In this document: positions 19,307 through 24,858 of the stretch, piece by piece
How the letters are laid out: each line of letters begins with the position of its first letter
Numbering within the stretch: position 1 is the stretch's first letter
Notes under the pieces: generated by a model
Databases searched by the model: none
Told to the model about the DNA's origin: nothing
Seen by the model: only the letters and a program-made list of their open reading frames with translations
Position numbers and translations under genes: made by a program
Assembly: GCF_000039765.1 (NCBI RefSeq)
Contig: NC_004459.3
Location: forward strand, 300,001 to 332,000
From: Vibrio vulnificus CMCP6
GTDB taxonomy: Bacteria; Pseudomonadota; Gammaproteobacteria; Enterobacterales; Vibrionaceae
Reading direction: 5' to 3'
DNA: 32,000 nt

Positions 19307-19608
19307 AATCGATTGGCTGCAGATTATAAAGTTATCAAATAACAAATTCCAGATAGATTTTTCACTCTAATAAAGATTTCTCGCTGGATTATGAAACCAA
19401 TTCAGCAAGAAAAATTAGCCGCTATTATTTTTCCTTTAAGAAACAACCAGAAAAAACAGGGGCTTTAGAAGATAAACTGAAGAATAAATCGACAATGTCG
19501 TAAACTTACACGGAATAACGAGGAAAAATTGCAGAGTTTACATGTAAGAAATGCGGCGGATTCGATTGGTTTCGGAAGTGAGGTCTGTTCTCGTATCACT
19601 AATATTGA

Positions 19609-19642
19609 GAAAACAAAAAAACGCCACTCAATTTGAGTGGCG
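19609..19642 (-). terminator. Strong rho-independent terminator (minus strand only) inside the permease-pepD intergenic region
   Basis: CGCCACTCA-AAT-TGAGTGGCG (19622-19642). On the minus strand it is followed by UUUUUUUGUUUUC. The plus-strand side has no U-tract, so it terminates a minus-strand transcript coming from higher coordinates. Confidence 0.85.
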
Positions 19643-19733
19643 GTAGAATCATGTCAGTTCGATTACTGAAAGAAAATTCCAATTTAGGGGTGAACAAATC
19701 GTTCGGGGGTCACATGCACTTGGTTAGCGTACG

Positions 19734-19823
19734 TTACTTGTAACCAAAGCTTGTTGGGTATGCAAAGTTGCTGGTGTAAACAGAGTTGTTTGTCCAAAAC
19801 ATTGCAGATGCTAAACCTTTCAT
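19734..19823 (-). CDS. 29-aa small protein, MKGLASAMFWTNNSVYTSNFAYPTSFGYK (VcdP-like candidate)
   Basis: Below the ORF-track cutoff. ATG at 19823 is preceded by AAGGTGA with 5-nt spacing, and the TAA stop is at 19734-19736. It is followed about 90 nt later by a strong terminator. The size equals the 29 aa reported for VcdP, but I cannot recall that sequence to confirm identity. Confidence 0.55.
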   Translation of the reverse strand: MKGLASAMFWTNNSVYTSNFAYPTSFGYK

Positions 19824-19933
19824 AACTATCACCTTATTAAATCAATTAAACACGTTTGATTTCTCGGTTCCTTGGAGGCGATAAACGGACTCATCCTTTG
19901 AGCATTTTGTCTTCGCTTTAGAAGTTGGTTACA

Positions 19934-19961
19934 AATATACCACCAAGAAATTTTATTACAA
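19934..19961 (-). promoter_or_regulatory. Candidate sigma70 promoter for the small-ORF transcript
   Basis: The minus strand reads TTGTAA, 16 nt spacer, TATATT, immediately downstream of the CRP-like site. Pattern match only; other start sites nearer the ORF are possible. Confidence 0.3.
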
Positions 19962-19968
19962 TACTTTT

Positions 19969-19984
19969 AGTGATTAAAATCACA
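19969..19984. promoter_or_regulatory. Near-consensus CRP (cAMP receptor protein) binding site
   Basis: AGTGA-ttaaaa-TCACA against the consensus TGTGA-N6-TCACA (9 of 10 core positions, correct 6-bp spacer). It lies in the AT-rich divergent region between the small-ORF unit and pepD. Confidence 0.7.
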
Positions 19985-20276
19985 TAAATTTCATTTAATG
20001 ATCTATATCAAGTTAATTTGGTAATTAAATTACAGAATTATCAAACTCAAAATAGGTTAAGTTACAGAGCATAACCAACCAATTGAGTAAGCGCTGACAG
20101 CGATGTTCACATTCTGTGACAGTGCACTTGTAAACAGCCTGTGACTGGCACTACTCGGCTCTGCTTGCAAGTGATATCCTTGCTCACAACTTATTATCTG
20201 CTGAACCCACAACCATCTAATCTACTGGGCTAACAGCAGTGCCATCATCCGGCAAACCTAGAAAAAGGAGTCATCT

Positions 20277-21749
20277 GTGTCTGAGTTCCATTCTGAAATC
20301 AGTACCTTATCACCTGCTCCACTTTGGCAGTTTTTTGATAAGATTTGTTCTATCCCACACCCATCAAAGCATGAAGAAGCCCTTGCTCAGTACATCGTCA
20401 ACTGGGCGACGGAGCAAGGTCTAGACGTCCGTCGCGATCCAACCGGCAATGTGTTTATTAAAAAGCCTGCGACACCAGGCATGGAAAACAAAAAGGGTGT
20501 TGTTCTTCAAGCGCACATCGACATGGTGCCTCAGAAAAACGAAGACACTCAACACGACTTCGCCACCGATCCTATTCGTCCATACATTGACGGTGAGTGG
20601 GTGACCGCAGAAGGTACGACGCTCGGTGCGGATAATGGAATTGGCATGGCTTCCTGCCTTGCGGTGTTGGCCTCAACAGAGATCAAGCATGGTCCAATTG
20701 AAGTACTGCTAACCATTGATGAAGAAGCGGGCATGACGGGTGCTTTTGGTTTGGAAGCGGGTTGGCTAGAAGGCGACATTCTTCTTAATACCGATTCTGA
20801 ACAAGAAGGTGAAGTCTACATGGGCTGCGCAGGCGGTATCGACGGCGCGATGACGTTTGATATTCAACGCGAAGCGGTTCCTGCGGGCTTTATTACTCGT
20901 CAGTTAACGCTAAAAGGCTTAAAAGGCGGTCACTCAGGTTGTGACATCCACACTGGCCGCGGTAACGCAAACAAACTGATGGCACGTTTCCTTGCTGGCC
21001 ATGCACAAGAATTGGATCTGCGTTTAGTAGAGTTCCGCGGTGGTAGCCTGCGTAATGCGATTCCTCGTGAAGCATTCGTCAAAGTGGCGCTGCCTGCAGA
21101 AAAACAAGATAAGCTTGCTCAACTGTTTGACTACTACACTGAACTTCTAAAAACCGAGCTCGGTAAAGTGGAAACCAACATTGTCACGTTTAACCAAGCG
21201 GTTGATGTGGAAGCTGGTGTATTGACGAATGCTGATCAACAACGCTTTGTCGCTGCATTAAATGCTTGTCCAAACGGTGTCATTCGCATGAGCGATGAGA
21301 TTGAAGGTGTGGTTGAAACGTCGCTTAACGTGGGTGTAATCACCACTGAAGAGAACAAAATCACCGTATTGTGCTTGATCCGTTCACTGATCGACTCAGG
21401 TCGCAGCCAAGTGGAAAGCATGCTGACATCAGTAGCGGAACTGGCAGGTGCACACATCGTGTTCTCTGGCGCTTACCCAGGTTGGAAACCGGATGCTGAT
21501 TCTGAAATCATGGCGATCTTCCGTGATATGTACGAAGGCATTTACGGTCACAAACCGAACATCATGGTCATTCACGCGGGCCTAGAATGCGGCCTATTCA
21601 AGAAACCTTACCCTGACATGGACATGGTGTCATTTGGCCCAACGATTAAATTCCCGCACTCTCCAGATGAAAAAGTGAAGATTGACACGGTACAACTCTA
21701 CTGGGATCAAATGGTGGCGTTACTGGAAGCGATTCCTGAAAAGGCGTAA
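20277..21749 (+). CDS. pepD: Cytosol non-specific dipeptidase / aminoacyl-histidine dipeptidase PepD (M20 family)
   Basis: 490 aa. GTG start preceded by AAAAAGGAG. Carries M20 metal-ligand motifs (QAHIDMV, GADNGIGMA, TIDEEAGMTGA) and is colinear with E. coli PepD. Confidence 0.93.
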   Translation: MSEFHSEISTLSPAPLWQFFDKICSIPHPSKHEEALAQYIVNWATEQGLDVRRDPTGNVFIKKPATPGMENKKGVVLQAHIDMVPQKNEDTQHDFATDPIRPYIDGEWVTAEGTTLGADNGIGMASCLAVLASTEIKHGPIEVLLTIDEEAGMTGAFGLEAGWLEGDILLNTDSEQEGEVYMGCAGGIDGAMTFDIQREAVPAGFITRQLTLKGLKGGHSGCDIHTGRGNANKLMARFLAGHAQELDLRLVEFRGGSLRNAIPREAFVKVALPAEKQDKLAQLFDYYTELLKTELGKVETNIVTFNQAVDVEAGVLTNADQQRFVAALNACPNGVIRMSDEIEGVVETSLNVGVITTEENKITVLCLIRSLIDSGRSQVESMLTSVAELAGAHIVFSGAYPGWKPDADSEIMAIFRDMYEGIYGHKPNIMVIHAGLECGLFKKPYPDMDMVSFGPTIKFPHSPDEKVKIDTVQLYWDQMVALLEAIPEKA

Positions 21750-21761
21750 CACGATAAAAAC

Positions 21762-21789
21762 AAAGGGCGCGAAACTCGCGCCCTTTCTG
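21762..21789. terminator. Bidirectional rho-independent terminator between convergent pepD and the lipoprotein gene
   Basis: AAA-GGGCGCG-AAACT-CGCGCCC-TTT (stem 21765-21771 and 21777-21783). Confidence 0.75.
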
Positions 21790-21805
21790 TCTCGTTCACT
21801 ATCGA

Positions 21806-22345
21806 TTAAGCACGATTTTGCGCGTAAGCCGCTAGCTCATCCATTGAAGTTTGTGCAACCACTTCACCATCAATGTAGTACGTCACGAAATCACCTTCAC
21901 GTACACCGGTCAATATCGCTTTTTCACCATTGTTGTAGGTGATGTCCATTTGAACGGTATTTTCGTCGATCTGCTGCATCATACCTTGCTCAATGATACG
22001 GTTGTTCGTTAACGGCGCAATCGGTGCAGTTGTTAGCGACTTGTCTAGTTGGTGGTTCACATCAATGTAAGTGTCCATCTTAGTGTCAAAGATGTGTGGC
22101 TTGCCGTTTAGAGGGTTTTTGCCCGTCCAGAATTCCAGTGAGTTAAACACAATGTAGTCTGCTGCAATCGCCACACCGTATACTGGCGCCAACAACATGT
22201 TTAGACCACCACGAGCATAACGGTTGTCTACAGCTTTCAGGTTGAAGCCCATAACATAACCCGTTACTGCATTGCTACCTACACAGCCAGACAATGCCAT
22301 TGCTGCTACAGATAATGCCACGACTTTAGTGATCGTCTTTTTCAT
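21806..22345 (-). CDS. DUF3332-type lipoprotein, function unknown
   Basis: 179 aa. Has a signal peptide with lipobox MKKTITKVVALSVAAMALSGC. The conserved NRYARGG..LLAPVYG...FNS.EFWTG stretch is what I associate with DUF3332 lipoproteins. ATG preceded by GAGGT. Confidence 0.8.
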   Translation of the reverse strand: MKKTITKVVALSVAAMALSGCVGSNAVTGYVMGFNLKAVDNRYARGGLNMLLAPVYGVAIAADYIVFNSLEFWTGKNPLNGKPHIFDTKMDTYIDVNHQLDKSLTTAPIAPLTNNRIIEQGMMQQIDENTVQMDITYNNGEKAILTGVREGDFVTYYIDGEVVAQTSMDELAAYAQNRA

Positions 22346-22662
22346 ATTTACCTCGAATGTAATTTGGAGAACAGGAATTGGGGGCGCATATTAGCGCAGA
22401 TAAAAACCATCCTCAAAGTAGGAAAATTCTGTGCTGCTAAAGCAATCTCAAAATTAAGACTCTTTACATAACAAGGTCATATACCAAAACAAGACACATT
22501 GAGCGATTAAATTTCAATCAGCCAAAATTAACAACCTATCGACAAAAATCAGAGAAAAGTCAGTGAACGATTAGCGATTTTTATCGTAATCTTAATAAGG
22601 TCGAATGGTTTCACCTTAGCTGCGTTGTTAGAGTCAGTGGAACAGCAAATACAGGAAGTAGT

Positions 22663-23721
22663 ATGGTTCGTATCAAGAAAAACAAAGTGTTCGAGATCTT
22701 AGGGCACAAAATTCCCCCCGCACAACGGTTAGAGATAGAGCTCGATGCGGCGCAGCTTTACACCCACTCTCCTCTTTCGATCCCGATTGAGATCATCAAT
22801 GGACGCAATGCTGGCCCTGTACTGATGATCAACGCTGCAATACATGGTGATGAACTCAATGGCGTTGAGATTGTTAGACAACTGATTAACAGCCTCGATC
22901 CCAACCAAATCAAAGGTACCGTTATTGCCGTTCCAATCGTGAATGTGTTCGGGTTTATTCATAAATCTCGCTATCTGCCGGACAGACGCGATCTCAACCG
23001 CTGTTTTCCCGGTAGTGAAAAAGGCGCACTGGCTTCACGCATGGCACATACCTTCTTTAGTAATGTGGCCCTAAGAGCCGACTATATTCTTGATCTTCAC
23101 ACCGGAGCCATCCATCGAACCAATTTGCCTCAAATCCGTGCCAATTTGAGTAATCCAGAAACGTTGAGAATAGCCAAAGCCTTCGGCGCGCCCGTTATCA
23201 TCGATTCAGCCCTTAGAGATGGTTCCATTCGCTCCGAAGCTGAAAAATGCGATATTCCCGTACTAACCTATGAAGCTGGCGAAGCGCTCAGATTTGATCC
23301 TCTCTCCATTAGTGCCGGAGTGCTCGGTGTTAAACGCGTGATGCAAGCTATTGGCATGCTCCGAGCCAGTCGAAAAAAATTGCCTCAACCTGTCATCGCT
23401 AAGTCCACCAGTTGGGTACGAGCATCAGGAAACGGCATTTTGCGTACCGTGGTCAACTTGGGCGCCAAAGTTGAAAAAGGGGAAACCTTAGCCTATATCA
23501 GTTCACCGCTGGGCCATGATGAAGTGGAGTTGAAAGCCCCGAAAGGTGGCATTGTGATTGGCCAACAAACACTGCCTCTGGTTAATGAAGGAGACGCTAT
23601 TTTTAATGTGGCTTACTTCCGTCAAGATGACGAAGTCGTCGAGCAAGTGGTAGAAAGCTATATTGAAGAGCTCGTTGAAAGTGACATTGACTTGATCACC
23701 ACAGGGCAAATCCCCCTTTAA
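22663..23721 (+). CDS. Succinylglutamate desuccinylase/aspartoacylase (AstE/AspA, M14-like) family zinc hydrolase, substrate unknown
   Basis: 352 aa. Family motifs are present: GPVLMINAAIHGDELNG (HxxE zinc ligands), RDLNRCFPG, and LDLHTG (third His ligand). ATG preceded by AGGAAG. Confidence 0.82.
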   Translation: MVRIKKNKVFEILGHKIPPAQRLEIELDAAQLYTHSPLSIPIEIINGRNAGPVLMINAAIHGDELNGVEIVRQLINSLDPNQIKGTVIAVPIVNVFGFIHKSRYLPDRRDLNRCFPGSEKGALASRMAHTFFSNVALRADYILDLHTGAIHRTNLPQIRANLSNPETLRIAKAFGAPVIIDSALRDGSIRSEAEKCDIPVLTYEAGEALRFDPLSISAGVLGVKRVMQAIGMLRASRKKLPQPVIAKSTSWVRASGNGILRTVVNLGAKVEKGETLAYISSPLGHDEVELKAPKGGIVIGQQTLPLVNEGDAIFNVAYFRQDDEVVEQVVESYIEELVESDIDLITTGQIPL

Positions 23722-23742
23722 CCTTTTTTCGCTACAATACGT

Positions 23743-23767
23743 TGGCTCATGCTATTGACGTGAGCCA
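23743..23767 (+). terminator. Hairpin after the AstE-family gene (weak terminator candidate)
   Basis: TGGCTCA, 11-nt loop, TGAGCCA, 22 nt after the stop. No clear U-tract follows. Confidence 0.3.
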
Positions 23768-23851
23768 TACATATCATTACACGAAATAAATTGAACGGCG
23801 TTTTATTGATATTTACCATCACTGGATTATTGATATAGCCGCCGAGTCACT

Positions 23852-24316
23852 ATGATGTTTCGTTCCATTCTTTCTTTTGTCGCTTTGTTGTCACTGCCAA
23901 GCATGGCACAACATACCCAAACACCGGATCTCGCCCACTACCTGCAACAGCATTTTGAAGCCAATCAGGATCCGAGTCAGGACAGAATGACACAAACGGA
24001 AAACCTATCGACATCGCTTGATCTGGACGCAGGGAAGGAAAACATCGAATGGACCTTAGATCGTGGAGCGAATCGCATCAACTGCGACATGCTGGTCTCT
24101 CAATCAGGTCAAGAGCCCCACTTTGACTATGGCGAAGCCAAAGATCTTTCTGATGGTTTGCAACACTTCGACTTACCAAAACGCAAAAGCGAACAAGAAT
24201 ATTACCGCAATCAAGTCAACAGCAATACGCCGGGATTAATCCCTAGTAGCAAGCAGTTTGCCGCCCCTGCGGCGGGAGACTTCCATGTTTCACTCTCCTC
24301 AGATTGCTTCAACTAA
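23852..24316 (+). CDS. Secreted hypothetical protein (154 aa)
   Basis: Has a predicted Sec signal peptide MMFRSILSFVALLSLPSMA-QHTQ. The mature part is hydrophilic with two Cys. I recognise no family. It is followed by a strong terminator. Confidence 0.6.
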   Translation: MMFRSILSFVALLSLPSMAQHTQTPDLAHYLQQHFEANQDPSQDRMTQTENLSTSLDLDAGKENIEWTLDRGANRINCDMLVSQSGQEPHFDYGEAKDLSDGLQHFDLPKRKSEQEYYRNQVNSNTPGLIPSSKQFAAPAAGDFHVSLSSDCFN

Positions 24317-24338
24317 CCTAGGTAAAACGCATAAATGC

Positions 24339-24372
24339 AAAAAGCCCCGATGTGTGAGCATCGGGGCTTTTT
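24339..24372. terminator. Bidirectional rho-independent terminator between convergent genes
   Basis: AAAAA-GCCCCGATG-TGTGAG-CATCGGGGC-TTTTT (stem 24343-24352 and 24359-24368). Confidence 0.85.
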
Positions 24373-24393
24373 CAAACAGTATCCAGCAGACGA

Positions 24394-24699
24394 TTACTCT
24401 TCGTCATCTTCTTCAACATCGCGAGCGCGACGTTGTTCTGCTTTACGTAGTTTTGCGCTCAACGCTTCAGCATCGCGCTCTTTGCGTTGCTGAGCTTTAC
24501 GCTCGTTGCGCTCGGCTTGGTTTTTAACAAAACCAGCGAGTTCAGCTTCTGCCCACGCTTGAGCAGCCGCTTCAGAGTCAAAACCCATTTGACGTTTTGA
24601 AACAACAGTTTTACGAGAGGTTACTTGACGAGTAATCTCAGCCGCCCAACCTTCACGTTTCTCAGTCACGCGGATGGCAAATTTTTGGTTTTTAGACAT
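24394..24699 (-). CDS. Small highly charged hypothetical protein (101 aa; possibly DUF3622-type)
   Basis: From the ATG at 24699 (AGGAA upstream) it reads MSKNQKFAIRVTEKREGWAAEITRQV... followed by a Lys/Arg/Glu-rich helical tail ending DVEEDDEE. The track's 23-codon extension lacks an SD. The family assignment is from memory and is uncertain. Confidence 0.65.
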   Translation of the reverse strand: MSKNQKFAIRVTEKREGWAAEITRQVTSRKTVVSKRQMGFDSEAAAQAWAEAELAGFVKNQAERNERKAQQRKERDAEALSAKLRKAEQRRARDVEEDDEE

Positions 24700-24796
24700 G
24701 TCAGATGTTCCTAAGGGATTGTAAAGGGATTCAAGCCATCCCTTGGCAAGCGGCGTATTAGACCACAATTATTTGCGATTGGCTATTGGCTCACTG

Positions 24797-24830
24797 ATAA
24801 AAAAACCGCCAGAGAAACTCTCTAGCGGTT
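24797..24830 (-). terminator. Rho-independent terminator after purL
   Basis: Imperfect hairpin ACCGC(c)AGAG-AAA-CTCT(cta)GCGGT. On the minus strand it is followed by UUUUUUU. It lies 29 nt downstream of the purL stop. Confidence 0.65.
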
Positions 24831-24858
24831 TATTCAGTATCACATTATTTCAATCGGA

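Larger units (their letters stand above)
19609..19927 (-). ncRNA. Candidate dual-function small RNA (small ORF plus C-rich base-pairing region plus terminator). Consistent with V. cholerae VcdRP. The 5' end is uncertain.
   Basis: This is an independent minus-strand unit. It contains the SD-led 29-codon ORF (19734-19823). Its 3' region holds CCCCC (complement of 19705-19709) and CCCC (complement of 19687-19690), the first within a GUGA...UCAC stem-loop. It ends in the terminator at 19609-19642. The 5' end is guessed from a TTGTAA-16nt-TATATT promoter match at 19934-19961. Confidence 0.55.

Noticed and set aside
19391-19468. A plus-strand 25-codon ORF (MKPIQQEKLAAIIFPLRNNQKKQGL), and a 31-codon ORF starting at 19551 that reads through the terminator hairpin.
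   Set aside because: Neither has an SD or a plus-strand terminator. The second overlaps a hairpin that is clearly oriented for the minus strand. Both are likely chance ORFs in AT-rich spacer.
19269-19608. A possible purine, xanthine or other riboswitch in the long region upstream of the purine permease.
   Set aside because: Reading the minus strand, I could not find the conserved purine-riboswitch core (the U-rich junction and loop-loop motifs) or any other riboswitch signature I know. Only a PurR-box-like DNA site was found. An Rfam/Infernal scan would be the decisive check.
19650-19675. A T-loop-like GTTCGATT motif that might indicate a tRNA or tmRNA-like element.
   Set aside because: No complementary T-stem longer than 3 bp, no acceptor stem and no anticodon arm could be built around it. 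It lies within the 3' region of the putative small RNA.
19829-19894. A 21-codon upstream ORF (MSPFIASKEPRNQTCLIDLIR) on the minus strand, ending in the SD of the 29-codon ORF.
   Set aside because: It has no usable Shine-Dalgarno, since AAAGG abuts the ATG with zero spacing. It would be transcribed only if the distal promoter guess is right. It is mentioned only as something to look at in conservation or Ribo-seq data.
20021-20033. A 13-bp perfect palindrome, GTAATTAAATTAC, in the pepD/small-RNA divergent region.
   Set aside because: It is composed almost entirely of A/T within a very AT-rich stretch, where such palindromes are expected by chance. It matches no known operator consensus. It may simply be curved, H-NS/Fis/IHF-type DNA.
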